A stretch of 63,737 nt of DNA, the filler included, from Chrysochromulina tobinii (taxonomy: Eukaryota): the NCBI GenBank assembly GCA_001275005.1. It is 6 parts of 6 records of this genome, joined end to end, with 100 filler letters (N's around TTAATTAATTAA, not from the genome) between each part and the next. Parts side by side here need not be neighbours in the genome. Positions count along the whole stretch, not along the records: positions 1 to 15,775 come from JWZX01000890.1; 5 more parts are not named here. One strand, 5' to 3'. Made by a program: the position numbers and the translations under genes. The notes beneath the pieces are model-generated. The model was not told where the DNA came from. It worked only from the letters and a program-made list of their open reading frames with translations, and ran no database searches. This document shows positions 1 to 10,698 of this stretch, piece by piece. Within the stretch, counting starts at the first letter, position 1. Each line of letters begins with the position of its first letter.

Positions 1-391
1 GATACATGCACGATACATGCGCGATACATGGGATACGTATCCTGATAACAAACCCCCCCCAAACTCGATAACAAACCCCACGTCACCCACCTGCAGGGTA
101 CCTGCAGGGTGCCGCCGAATGAAGGAGCGCGAGCATGTTTGCTTCACGCGTTCATTTGCCTGCTAGCCACGCGACACCAGGAAGAACGCCACACAGGAGG
201 CTCATGTGAATTCGGAATCGAAATGGTTCTTTTCACAGCCGTTGTTATATCAACTCGACACCCAAGACACCGGACCGGCGTGCATACGTGTGCGGCTACA
301 ACTGGCTCGGGGACCCCTGGACCCCCTTATCACAGCCATACTCGATACAGCCGCCGGGCCGGGCTCTTCACAGCCATAGGTGAGAAACGCC

Positions 392-1918
392 ATGGAGACC
401 TCCCTGCTGAAGGCGCTCGATGCGCTCGAGGACGAGGTTTGCTGCCCGATCTGCCGGGACACACTGCACGAGCCCCAGATGCTCTCCGGCTGCAAGCACC
501 TTTTCTGCCGCGCGTGCTTTGACCGCGCACTCAAGGAGACCAAGAAGGAAACGTGCCCACTCTGTGGCCAAACGGCGACGCGGCGAAGCGCCCGAGACGA
601 CCCATTCGCCGCGAGCCTCGCCGCCAAGGTCGCGGAGACCTGTGCGCGGCTCCGGAATGGCGAGGTGCTCGCCCTCATCCGGCCAGCGCCTCACGCGGCA
701 CAGCCGCCACCGCCGCCTGCAGCTGTGCCACCGCTGTATGCCCGGTACGTGGAGCGCGCCGAAGCCGGCTGTGGCGTCGGTGCCATGCGCGCCCAACCAA
801 TGGGTCTGGCAGATATCCTGGCGCTCCACGATCAGATCGAGGCCAAGACTAAGACCATCGAGGAATTGAACCAGCACATCCTCGCCGCTACCGAACGCCT
901 TGCAGGCAGCCACAGGGCCACCGACCGAGCCGTCGTCGACATCGTTGCGTGTGCCAGCGTCGCGCCCCCCTGCACGACGTCGGCCGCTGCACCGGTCGGC
1001 GCTGTGGCCCTCAATGCTGCTGCCACCGCCACCAGCGCGCCACCGCCGCCGCCTCTGCCGCCGACATCCGCACCGCCGCCGCCACTACCGTCCGCATCGC
1101 CGCCACTGCCGCCGGCGCCAGCACGGCGCGTCAGCAAGCGCATCCTCTCGGAGGCGGCGGCGGACCCTCCTGCGGAGGTGTTAGCGGCGGCGCCAGCAGC
1201 GGCGACCGAGGCGGCGGCGCCAGCAGCTGCGGCCCTGGCGGTCGCAGCAGGCGACGACGTGGAGGATGAGGAGGAGGACGCGGCGTGTGCGATCTGCGGC
1301 AATCCCGAGGCCAACGAGGGCGACGAAATCCTCTTTTGCGATGGCTGCAACCTGCCGGTCCACCAGGAGTGCTATCGCGTGCCAAGCGTGCCTGAGGGCG
1401 AGTGGCTCTGTGACCTGTGCTCGGCACAGCGCGCCGAGCCCGCGCTCGCCCCTCGGTGCCCCGTGTGCCCGAGCGCCGCCCGGGACTTGGTACGCACGTA
1501 CAAGGGGCTGCACGGCGGCTGGGCGCACATGAGCTGCTGCTACTGGCACGAAGGCCCGGGATTCGTCGATGAGAAGCGATTGCGCTTACCAGACGGTTGG
1601 GAGCGGATCCGAAAGGGGCTGCGCGACGGGAGCCTCGCGTGCGTCTTCTGCCCGGCGGCCGACGCTCGGAACGGCGCCGTCAAGCAGTGTGCGTGGAAGA
1701 ATTGCGTCGTCGCCTTCCACCCAACGTGCAACCTCGGCCGCGCCCTCTTCAACGACCCCGATCCTGGATCAGGCACGGAGGCGCGCATGTACTGCCTCCG
1801 CCACGCGCCCATGGCAGAGCGCGAAGCGCAGAAAAGGCTGCAAGCCGCCGAGGTCAGCCGGGGGCACGCGCCTAGCAAAAGCCGGGGAGGCCGAGGCAAG
1901 CGCAGGAAGAGCTTCTGA
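392..1918 (+). CDS. RING finger (C3HC4) + PHD-Zn knuckle-ePHD (PZP-like) chromatin protein, putative E3 ligase/histone reader
   Basis: N-terminal CPIC..C.H.FC..C..CPLC RING. PHD motif CAIC..DEILFCDGCNLPVHQECY..VPEGEWLCDLC, then CPVC..WAHMSC..CVFC..QCAWKNCVVAFHPTC..YCLRH as in BRPF/JADE PZP modules. First ATG at 392. Confidence 0.85.
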   Translation: METSLLKALDALEDEVCCPICRDTLHEPQMLSGCKHLFCRACFDRALKETKKETCPLCGQTATRRSARDDPFAASLAAKVAETCARLRNGEVLALIRPAPHAAQPPPPPAAVPPLYARYVERAEAGCGVGAMRAQPMGLADILALHDQIEAKTKTIEELNQHILAATERLAGSHRATDRAVVDIVACASVAPPCTTSAAAPVGAVALNAAATATSAPPPPPLPPTSAPPPPLPSASPPLPPAPARRVSKRILSEAAADPPAEVLAAAPAAATEAAAPAAAALAVAAGDDVEDEEEDAACAICGNPEANEGDEILFCDGCNLPVHQECYRVPSVPEGEWLCDLCSAQRAEPALAPRCPVCPSAARDLVRTYKGLHGGWAHMSCCYWHEGPGFVDEKRLRLPDGWERIRKGLRDGSLACVFCPAADARNGAVKQCAWKNCVVAFHPTCNLGRALFNDPDPGSGTEARMYCLRHAPMAEREAQKRLQAAEVSRGHAPSKSRGGRGKRRKSF

Positions 1919-2402
1919 GAGACCCTTATCACACAAATATCATAGCTTATCATAGCCGCGTTAAAGAGACAATAGTTTCTCAAATTTTCCTCCGCCGTCG
2001 GACGATCCGCATCCGGGAGACATACGTGGCCGGGAGGGGGAGCGGTTCAGGTTGCGGTGCGTAACGAGTTCTAGGCGCATTTATTACCGTGCCTTCTCGT
2101 GGATTCAGGATTCGGACGATTGTGAAGGCGTGGACCTCCATGTGCAAAATGGAGATACTAAAAACGTCAGTGACTGTGCGGGCGCAAACTACGTAGGCCC
2201 TGGTGCACGGCCCCAATGCCCAAACCGTCCGGGGCCGACGGGCCGCGGGCCCCGGGGCCAGCCGGAGCCGGAGCTGCTTGCCGACCTGCTATATGCGGTT
2301 GATACGTATCTACTCTCCGTGTGGGAACCAAAGTGGGCACCTTTCGGTCGAATCGCGCCGCGTCGTGGTGGACACCTTTCGGTCGAATGCGCGTGCCGCT
2401 GC

Positions 2403-3275
2403 TCAGACCTCGACGCCTACCTTCTCGCGGTTCTTGAGTTTAACGAGCACCATGTTGCCTGTGTTGTGGCCGAGGCTGAACTCCGCCAGGTCGCATGTGT
2501 ACTTGGTGCCGTTGGTGCCCTGGAAGCCTCTCTTGAGCTCGAGTTGGACGCCCTCGCCTGCAATCTGGGACGGGCAGAGGAAGTCCTGCGGCCCGCCGTT
2601 AGGGACCTTGAGCGTGTCACAAGGCCATGCCGACAGGTTCTCGACCAGCTGCTTGTCGCAGCCGAAGGTCGCGGCCGTGTGATCGAAGCCCGGCCCGATG
2701 ACGACCTCAAAGTCCTTGCGGAGCCGGCAGAGGCCCTGTGCCATAGTCTCGCCTGCCACGCTCAGGCCCGCATTGCCACTCAGGTTGAGCTTGCGTAGCT
2801 TCGGGCAGCGCGACGGCACGCAGAGCGCTATTGCAAGCTGCTGCAGCGCGCCGTCATTGAGACCGCTGTCCGACAGGTCGAGCGCGGTGACGGTGTCGTT
2901 GACGGTGAGGGCCTCGCAAAGCTGCGCCATCCAGTCCGGCCGGCGAGTGAGCTGGCAGCCCTTGAACGACAGCTCCTTGAAGAGGACGTGGTTGCCCTGC
3001 AGCCGCCTGAGCGCCATCTCGAAGTCGACACGGGCATGCACGTCTGCCTCGGTCTCATGCGCGCCTTTGTAGCCCGACCCACCCATGAGCTTCAACTCCG
3101 GCTTCACCTCCGGCGCCGCCGCCGACGACGGAGCAGCTTCCGTCGGAGACTCGTTACCGGCCGGCGTGGCTTCAGGCTGAAATTTCCCGAGAATCTTCAT
3201 CGCCTGCCCTGCCGTCACCGGCTTCACCAGCTGAGTCGGCGGAGGTGGAGGCGGGATCTCTTCGACGGTCGGCAT
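2403..3275 (-). CDS. Leucine-rich repeat protein (ribonuclease-inhibitor-like LRRs)
   Basis: ELSFKGCQL, LCEALTVNDTVTALDLSDSGLNDGA and LRKLNLSGNAGL repeats. Start taken at the MPTVEEI ATG (3275); the ORF is open to 3338. Confidence 0.7.
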   Translation of the reverse strand: MPTVEEIPPPPPPTQLVKPVTAGQAMKILGKFQPEATPAGNESPTEAAPSSAAAPEVKPELKLMGGSGYKGAHETEADVHARVDFEMALRRLQGNHVLFKELSFKGCQLTRRPDWMAQLCEALTVNDTVTALDLSDSGLNDGALQQLAIALCVPSRCPKLRKLNLSGNAGLSVAGETMAQGLCRLRKDFEVVIGPGFDHTAATFGCDKQLVENLSAWPCDTLKVPNGGPQDFLCPSQIAGEGVQLELKRGFQGTNGTKYTCDLAEFSLGHNTGNMVLVKLKNREKVGVEV

Positions 3276-3442
3276 CGCGCGGCCGTTGCAAAAGAACTTG
3301 GCGAGGTCTTTTGAAACGGCCACCAAGCACATGAACATTCAACCTTCCACCGATTTGTGCTTTGCTTTTTTACCTTCTCCTTAACCTCACGACGACTCGT
3401 TCACGCCAGTTTCACGCCTAAAGTCCGAAGGAGCGAAACGAG

Positions 3443-4562
3443 ATGAAGCGTCTTCACGACTCGGCCGTGAGCGACGACGCGGCGCTCGCGGTGTCCACGC
3501 CCCCCAAGAGCGCCATAACCGCCTATGCGCCGCCGCCCGCGCGCTGGCTCAAGCCGGTGTCGCTCGTGCTCATGCTCGTGCAGAATGCCGCGTTCGTGCT
3601 GGTCATGCGCTACTCTCGGAAGCAACAAGCTGGTGCCACATCGGCACAGACGTACAGCATCGGCATGGTAGTTGCGCTCCAGGAGGCGTTCAAGATGATC
3701 ATCTGCTTCGCCGTACTCGCTGCGCCGCCCGCCGGCTCGCTCTGGCTGGCGCTCGAGCCGCTCACACGCCCTCGCGAGCTGTTGAACATTGCCGTACCAG
3801 CCTTCTGCTTCACGCTGCAAAACAACATCCTCTATGTGGCCCTGTCCAACCTCGATGCGCTCACTTTCCAGATCACCTACCAGCTCAAGACGCTGCTCAC
3901 CGCCCTCTTCTCGGTCGTGCTGCTCGGGAAGCAGATGAGCGGCTTACAATGGTTCTCGCAGCTGACCCTCATGGTCGGCATCATCCTCGCGCAGCTCGCC
4001 GATACGCCACCGGCCAGCGGCGGCGGCAGCGGCAAGATCCTCGACGTCCTCGACGTCCTCGCGCCGCCGCCCGCTGCACTGAGCGCAGCAGCAGCAGCGC
4101 CGCCCCCGCCCGCGCTCGCCACGACGCCCACGCCCACGCGCAGCCTCACCATCGGTCTAGCGGCGGTGCTCACGGCGGCGCTCTCGTCCGCTTTCGCGTC
4201 GGTCTACTTTGAGCGCCTGCTCAAGGAGAAGCCGGCGCCGGCGCCGTTGCCGCCACCGCTACCCGCGCACTTCGCAGAGGCGGGTGGCGATGGCGGCAAA
4301 GGCGCCGCCGGCGCCGATGGATGCAGAGGCGGCAGCGGAGGTAGCAACCTTCACAGCAGCGGCAGCGGAGGTTGCAACCTTCACAGCAGCGGCAGCGGAG
4401 GTAGCAACCTTCACAGCAGCGGCAGCGGAGGTAGCGACCTTCACAGCAGCGGCGGCGGCGGCAGTGGCAGCGGCAGCGGCAGCGATGGTGGCAGTGCTTG
4501 CGGAAGCGGCAGCGGCGGCGGCGGTAGCGGCGGTGGCGGTGGCAACGGAAGCGGAAGCGACG

Positions 4563-4593
<31 letters not shown>

Positions 4594-5059
4594 CGGCGGT
4601 AGCGCCGTGGTGGGCGGTAGCGGCGTGGTGAAGGTGGCGCCCAAGCCGGCGCCCACGTCGCTGTGGGTTCGGAACGTCGAGTTGTGCGCATGGACGGTAC
4701 CACTCAACCTCGCCCTCGCCCTCGAGAGCGGCCATCGCACGGAGGGCGGCATGAGCGGGCTGCTGCACCATCCGCTTCGCGGCTTCGAGCCGAGCACTTG
4801 GGCCGTCATCGTCGTCAATGGCTTCGGCGGGCTGCTTGTGGCGATCGTCATCAAATACGCGGACAATATCTGGAAGGGCTTCGCCACCGCGGGCGCCATC
4901 GTCGCCACCGGCGCTGTCGCCCCGCTCCTCGACCTCGGCCCATCGCCAAACGCGCTACTCATCGCCGGCACCACCTTCGTTATCATCTCGTTGTTCATGT
5001 ACGCCCTGCCGCCGCGCGCTCCACGCCCGCAGCCTGGATCCAGGCTGCGGGAGGTTTAG
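3443..5059 (+). CDS. Nucleotide-sugar transporter, SLC35A (UDP-Gal/CMP-Sia) type, with a large Gly/Ser insertion
   Basis: Family motifs LVMRYSR, QEAFK, AVPAFCFTLQNNILYVALSNLDALTFQITYQLKTLLTA, FASVYFERLLK, SLWVRN and GGLLVAIVIKYADNIWKGFAT; multiple hydrophobic helices. Confidence 0.92.
4331..4450 (+). repeat. 30-bp coding tandem repeat x4 (GSGGSNLHSS)
   Basis: ggcagcggaggtagcaaccttcacagcagc occurs four times with single substitutions, followed by (GGC)n runs. Confidence 0.95.
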
Positions 5060-5216
5060 CCGTACGGTTTAGGTATATTCAGGCCCTTGGGACTCGGTTC
5101 CCGGACTGATCAATAAAGTTTCGGATACATCAAACTTAGGTTCCTATTCCGCTGACCTTTCCCCTGTGGGCAGAGTCAACATGCGGTATCCGTACCATTG
5201 ACTCGACGCCATTACG

Positions 5217-6101
5217 ATGCAACGGCGGGCGGCGCACCTGCAGCGGCGGCTCGTCCTCGCGGGTGCAGCTGGTGCCATGACGTGGCTTGTCGGCCGGCAC
5301 TTTGATCGGCAGCGTAGGCCACTTGGAGGCCACTGCGAGGCGAGCACTACGTCAGATGCTCTGGCGAGCTTGCGCACGCATGGCGTCTCGGTCGTCAGCA
5401 TGGTCGTGGATGAGAGCCTCGTGAGCGCGGTCAAGGCGACGGAGGTGTACCGAGCGATGCCCACTGCGCAGCCTGAGCGGCCGAGAGATAAACCCTCCAA
5501 GGAGTGGCGTCGCTCTTCACTCGGGCGCTACCACAGGCGGGAGGAGGCCATGTGTGAGAGCGACGTGAGTGTGCTCGAACGCGTCGAGCAGCGCATCTGG
5601 CCCCTCGTCGAGGGCTTCTTTCGCGAGGAAGGCGTGCACGACATGCGCGCCATCTATCGGTCCGAGCTCCAGATCCTGAACGCCGTGCCGGGGTCCGTGA
5701 GCCAGACGTGGCACTCGGACAACCGTAGCCGCGGCCTGTCGATCATCGTGCCCTTGGTGCCGTTCAGCGCCGCCAACGGCGGCACCCAGGTCCTCGTGGG
5801 CTCCCATACGTATGACTGGGCCCTGATCGCGCGCGAGGGCGCCCGAGTGGTGCACGCGCCCGTCGGGGCGGTGGCGGCGTACGACTCGCGCACGTACCAC
5901 CGTGGACTGGGCAATGAGACTGAGGAGGGGCGGCCCGCGCTCATCTTCTGCTACGACCGCATCAGCTCCCCGCCACCCGGGTGCGGCGTCCTCGGAACTC
6001 TCGCGAACGCCAACCTGGCCGGGCTGCTCAACGTCGTATCCGCAGGCTGGAACGCCGCTTGCGCTGCGGCGGGCTTCGACGAAGACAGGCGAGGCGTTTG
6101 A
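5217..6101 (+). CDS. 2-oxoglutarate/Fe(II) dioxygenase, phytanoyl-CoA dioxygenase (PhyH)-like
   Basis: HxD...H facial triad (QTWHSD ... TYHRG), IIVPLVP, NGGTQVLVGSH and a C-terminal R (RPAL) typical of the PhyH family. Confidence 0.8.
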   Translation: MQRRAAHLQRRLVLAGAAGAMTWLVGRHFDRQRRPLGGHCEASTTSDALASLRTHGVSVVSMVVDESLVSAVKATEVYRAMPTAQPERPRDKPSKEWRRSSLGRYHRREEAMCESDVSVLERVEQRIWPLVEGFFREEGVHDMRAIYRSELQILNAVPGSVSQTWHSDNRSRGLSIIVPLVPFSAANGGTQVLVGSHTYDWALIAREGARVVHAPVGAVAAYDSRTYHRGLGNETEEGRPALIFCYDRISSPPPGCGVLGTLANANLAGLLNVVSAGWNAACAAAGFDEDRRGV

Positions 6102-6822
6102 GTATTGAGGCCATGGCATGTGTGGCCAGTCGATGATTGCGGCCTGCAACAACTCGTAGGTTCCAGGCGTGCAACCTCGTGCGTGGACGGCGGACGCGAA
6201 CGCGGTAAAATTGGGATGATGATGACTCGAAGCGAGCCGAGAGAGGCCGGGCATCCGATCGCAGCTTGACTGTACCTACTAGTACACGCCCATCACGTTC
6301 GGCATGCTGGCCCTAGGGTGCGTGCGTGTATAGGTATGGTCCGGTCACTAGACCTAGTTAATCCGGCTCTCGGGTCCGTGTGCGTGTCCGTCACAAAATT
6401 GTAAATTCTAAATTCCGATAACATTAGAGTATTGAGATGGTTAGAAATATTCGCGGAAAACGAATCAATTGTTCAAAATTGAGAACGTCAAGCGCATTGT
6501 CATTCCGGTAGCGCTCGCTTTCCTGGGGCGTTGAGGGGGTCCGTCGCTCATTCCGGCATTCCGGTAGCGCTCGCGTTTCTTGGGTGGGCTGTCCGCGAAA
6601 AACTGACCGAATATGAGTTATGACAGCGAGTTAGCGAGTTTATCTGGTACAGCGGGGAGCCTACAGGTATCCGGATGCAGCATACAGCATACAGCATACA
6701 GTACCGGCACTCAAGAGCCGTTGGCCTCTCTTGCAGCCGTCCGCCGTGCGGCGTCGTGACGTGGCAGTGCGCGCTTAGAGAGTGTGAACACGTGTGCCCT
6801 GGATTCCTGTGGGCACACATAC

Positions 6823-7495
6823 ATGCGCAATTCGACTAGCAGCAGCTTGGCCGCAGAGCCGCGCGTGCGCAGCGCTATGCAACGGCATTGGACCCAGCGC
6901 CCACGAGTGCTTCTCGCGCTTTCAGCAGTGCTCGTTGTCCTACTCGCCGCCCAGGAAGTCTTCTACGTCGGCCCGGCCCAGACAGATGAGATTAGTAGGC
7001 GTGAGGATGATGCCAGTTCAATGGCAGCGGAGCCATTGAGCTCAGACTACGTGATTCCGGCGGCGCCACAGCCACGACGCCGTCGTCGTAGGCGTAGGCA
7101 CGACCAGAGCGCAACCTTCCCATCCCCTCCATCACCTCCTTCTCCAGATCCTCCGCTGCCGCCGCCATCGCCCTTGGAGGACAGCGCGGAGGCAGAGGAG
7201 CCGGCTCTCGCAGCTGACGCTCAGTCCATGACGACCAATCGCACTTGGTGCACTGCCATGGCGGCGGCACATGCAGTGGTGCCCGGCGAGAGCTGGGGCA
7301 CGCTCCCTTCGGAATCGCAACAGCGGTGGAAGGCTGAGGAATGCGATTCGGTGGCGCGCTCGGCGGCGGACGGGGCGAGCAGCACCGGCGGCGGTGGCAG
7401 CAGGATCAGCGGCCGACGACGGCGGCGGCGGCACGCGCACACGCGCATGTCGTCCGACGGAGACAATCGCAGCCGCAGCAGCCGCAGCAGCAGCC

Positions 7496-7555
<60 letters not shown>

Positions 7556-8844
7556 TTGGCGGCGTTGGCGACGGCGGCGACGGCGGCGACGGCGGCGATG
7601 GCGCCGGCGCGGCGGCCGAGTGCGGTCGCATGCGGCGGCACCACGATGTGCGTCCGGGCGTCTCGTGGGGCACCCTGAGCACGCGCGGGCAGCACCGTTG
7701 GGCATCGCTCGATTGCGACCACCTAGACCCGGCGCAGCAGCAAGCTCGACTACAGGAGTCGCGCTATCTCGACGGGTATGGGCAGCTTCTGCTTGCGGCT
7801 CTTGCCGAGCGTCCGCCTGGCCGGCGCATCGCGCGCAACGATCACGGCGCGACCGGCGACGCGCCGAGCGCGGTGGGCGCCGGGCGCAAGACCGTGGTGA
7901 GCGTGTGCGTGTGCACCACCAGCCGGCACACGCAGGCGAGCTCGTTGGGCGACCTCGCGCTCTTCAAAGTGATGCTGCCCTCTCTACGTGACAGCCTGCC
8001 CGCGCAGGTGGACGCGGGCTCGGCACTCACACAGGGGCTGCACTCGTGGCTGAGTGCCACAGCCGCCTCCACGGCCGCGGCGGTCATGGGCGGCGACGAG
8101 GACGGCGCGCCGACGGCTGCGGATGGGCGTCGGTTACGCGGAGCGGGCGCTGGCGAGGCAAGCGCTGAGGCATTCGAGTATTGGCTCTATGTGCTCTATG
8201 ACGCGGGCGATCAGTTTTATGACTCGGAATCGCGCGAGGCAGAGGTGAGCTCGTGGCTGACGACAGAGCTCGTGGCTCCGCTCGCGCAGAGAGGCGTGCG
8301 GCTGCGCTTTGCGCTGCTGCGCTTCCAGAACGTGCTTCACAAGCCGGGGCCTGCGTTCAACTTCATGATGGCGGCCGCGTGGGAGGATGGTGCCGACTAC
8401 CTCTACCGTGTCAACGATGACACCCAATTTGTGGGCACGGAATGGGTGGGCGCGGCCGTAAGTACGCTCCGTGGCTACTCGCCCCCCAACGTGGGGGTGG
8501 TCGGCCCAACGTGTGACGAGGGCAACACGCGTATCCTGACGCACGATCTCGTGCACCGGACCCACCTCGAGATCTTCGAGCACTATTACCCGCCCATCTT
8601 CTCCGACTGGTGGATGGACGATTGGATCACGCAAGTCTATGGCACCGAGCGCACTCGCAAGGCCGCCTTCCGGGTGCGCCACCTCACCTCATTCCAGGGC
8701 ACACGGTACACGATCGACCGCAGCCACGAGCAGAGGCTGCAGGCGGAGCTTGAGGCGGGTCGGCAGCGCATCGAGCGTTGGCTACTCCGGCGCACCGGCG
8801 GCGCGCCAGTCGCGCGTAACGTGGCGGTTGACGCCGATGCGTGA
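6823..8844 (+). CDS. Type II membrane glycosyltransferase-like protein (GT-A fold) with two short Cys/Trp repeats
   Basis: N-terminal TM (VLLALSAVLVVLLAA), Pro/Ser-rich stem, C-terminal domain with YVLYDAGD, GADYLYRVNDD (DxD-like), VGVVGP, ILTHDLVHRTH and DWWMDDWIT. Start is 6823 or 6877. Confidence 0.7.
7469..7554 (+). repeat. (AGC)n microsatellite encoding poly-Ser
   Basis: Directly visible AGC run inside the glycosyltransferase-like CDS. Confidence 0.95.
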
Positions 8845-9377
8845 TCTGTGAAATTCGTTGCAGATCCGATCCGTGCGCTCTCCTGCATGCGCCATGGCGG
8901 CGTCGTATACAATTGTATACATACTGCTAGGGCGCGGGGGGGGGCGCTGGCCCCATGGGTTTGGCCTCCTATTTGACCTTCAAAAGGTTTGTTTAGGTTT
9001 GGCGCACACGGTTCCGCCTGTTCCCGCTTCCCCCGCCGGCCGGTGGGCGCCATGGCGCATGCGCATGCAGGACGAGCGCCATGGCGCCCACCCGTGCTGG
9101 CGCCGGCCCCGCATGATCGATGATGTGTGTGTGTGCGAATGGGAAAACGTATTGACAACGTTCGGGATTCATAACAAAAGCGAACTTCACCAAATGGTGC
9201 TGATTCTGGGTAGAGACTGTGGGCCCCGGGCCGCCTGGAGGTGGAGGTGGAGCGGATGTCGAGAAGCTTATTGCTTAGTCTAAGCGAGGTCCAAACGAAT
9301 GCGTCCGAAGCTCGGACAGCCACTTCTCTCCATAGTGCGGAATCGTGTGCCGCCCGCATCAGCCTCGGGACGCGCAT

Positions 9378-9450
9378 CGAGCTTAGGGAGTTCAAGTCAA
9401 GTCAAGTCAAGTCGAGTCAAGTCAAGTCAAGTCAAGCCGAGCTTAGGGAG
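9378..9450. repeat. (TCAAG)n pentanucleotide tract flanked by a 13-bp direct repeat CGAGCTTAGGGAG
   Basis: CGAGCTTAGGGAG at 9378-9390 and 9438-9450 encloses about nine TCAAG units. Confidence 0.9.
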
Positions 9451-9451
9451 C

Positions 9452-10342
9452 TCATGCGAACGGCAGCGCTGAGCGGCGGCGCCTCTGTGTGATCGCCGCG
9501 GCCAACCCCACGATGAGCGCCACCGCCCCCATTGCAGCGCCCAACAGTCCCGCCGCGCCAGCACCGATAGAGGGCGCGTCCGGCCGCGCGGCGCCGTCGA
9601 CCGACCGGTCGCCCTGAAACGGCACGTCATATTCCTGCCAATGGCCAGTCGCTGCGACCCAGCCTTGCTCATGACGCGCGATGCACGCCTTGCTGTCCAG
9701 TGACTTGTCGTCTAGCATAGGCACGTGATCTACGGGGACGCCCGCGAGAATGAAGACGCCAAAGGCGCGGTTGCACGTCTCGGACCCTTGGGGCGACTTG
9801 CCGCCGTTTTTCTGCATGCAGCGCGGTCGTTCGTCAAACGGGATTCTCGCCGACCACGTGGCGAGCGGGCACAGGCGATTCCACGCCCACATGTCGGGTC
9901 CCCATTTCGGGTCGAATAGTATGATGGCCGAGGCGCCGGCACGTAGCCGGCCGGCCTTCTGCTCGCGCAGCAGGTGCTGGAGTGCTGGCACATTGGTGAG
10001 CGGGGCCTGCTCCCACCACGTGATGATGTCAGCGTCCACCACGCCGCCTTGGCGATAGTCTGAGCACGTGACCTTAAAGCCGCGTCCCGGATGCGCCGCC
10101 GAAATTGTGGCCGACCTGCTCTCGAGCGACTTACAGTAACTGTTCGCCATCTCGATCGCTGTCGCCTTCTTGGCGTGCAACGTGAAGCACGACATGCCAT
10201 CACCATTCCGGGTCCCAATCTCGACAATCTCCTTGCCCTTGATACGCTTCACGACGTATGTGTGGACCGCTTGTGGCGAACGGATCGGCGGCGCGTCCAG
10301 AGGGTTGGGGACGGCGATCTCGCATGTTTGCGGCTTCACCAT
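9452..10342 (-). CDS. Class I SAM-dependent methyltransferase-like protein with C-terminal membrane anchor
   Basis: Motif I IVEIGTRNGDG, motif II ATAIE, later ADIITWW; hydrophobic C-terminal helix followed by RRRR. Confidence 0.65.
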   Translation of the reverse strand: MVKPQTCEIAVPNPLDAPPIRSPQAVHTYVVKRIKGKEIVEIGTRNGDGMSCFTLHAKKATAIEMANSYCKSLESRSATISAAHPGRGFKVTCSDYRQGGVVDADIITWWEQAPLTNVPALQHLLREQKAGRLRAGASAIILFDPKWGPDMWAWNRLCPLATWSARIPFDERPRCMQKNGGKSPQGSETCNRAFGVFILAGVPVDHVPMLDDKSLDSKACIARHEQGWVAATGHWQEYDVPFQGDRSVDGAARPDAPSIGAGAAGLLGAAMGAVALIVGLAAAITQRRRRSALPFA

Positions 10343-10698
10343 TGTGAACAGTCAAGGTTCCTGACTTTCCTCTGTGAGTGTGAACGAATTATTACGAATC
10401 GGCACGACGTCCGGCTGAAGGGCCAGAGTGGGGAGTGGAGTGTGCCCTGTGCGGGCATGCATGCACCCGCCAGTGAGTTTTTATATCGTTACTACTGCCG
10501 GCTGCCGAGTAGCCGACTTGCGGGATTCTCTCCGGATTCGTTCTTGTGCGTTCACTCCTAAATGTCCTGAGCGAGCGTCCGTGCCGGCCACCAGCTACGT
10601 GTGAGTCCCTGAGTGTGCCGGGAGGGGTGTGCAGAAGGTGTGCAGTTAGTAGTGGTGCGTAACTTCTGCGTCAGCTCCACGCGCTGCGGGGATTTGAG

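Noticed and set aside
6495..6580. Direct repeat cattccggtagcgctcgc twice upstream of the glycosyltransferase-like gene
   Set aside because: Real but too short to assign as promoter or transposon end without copy-number data.
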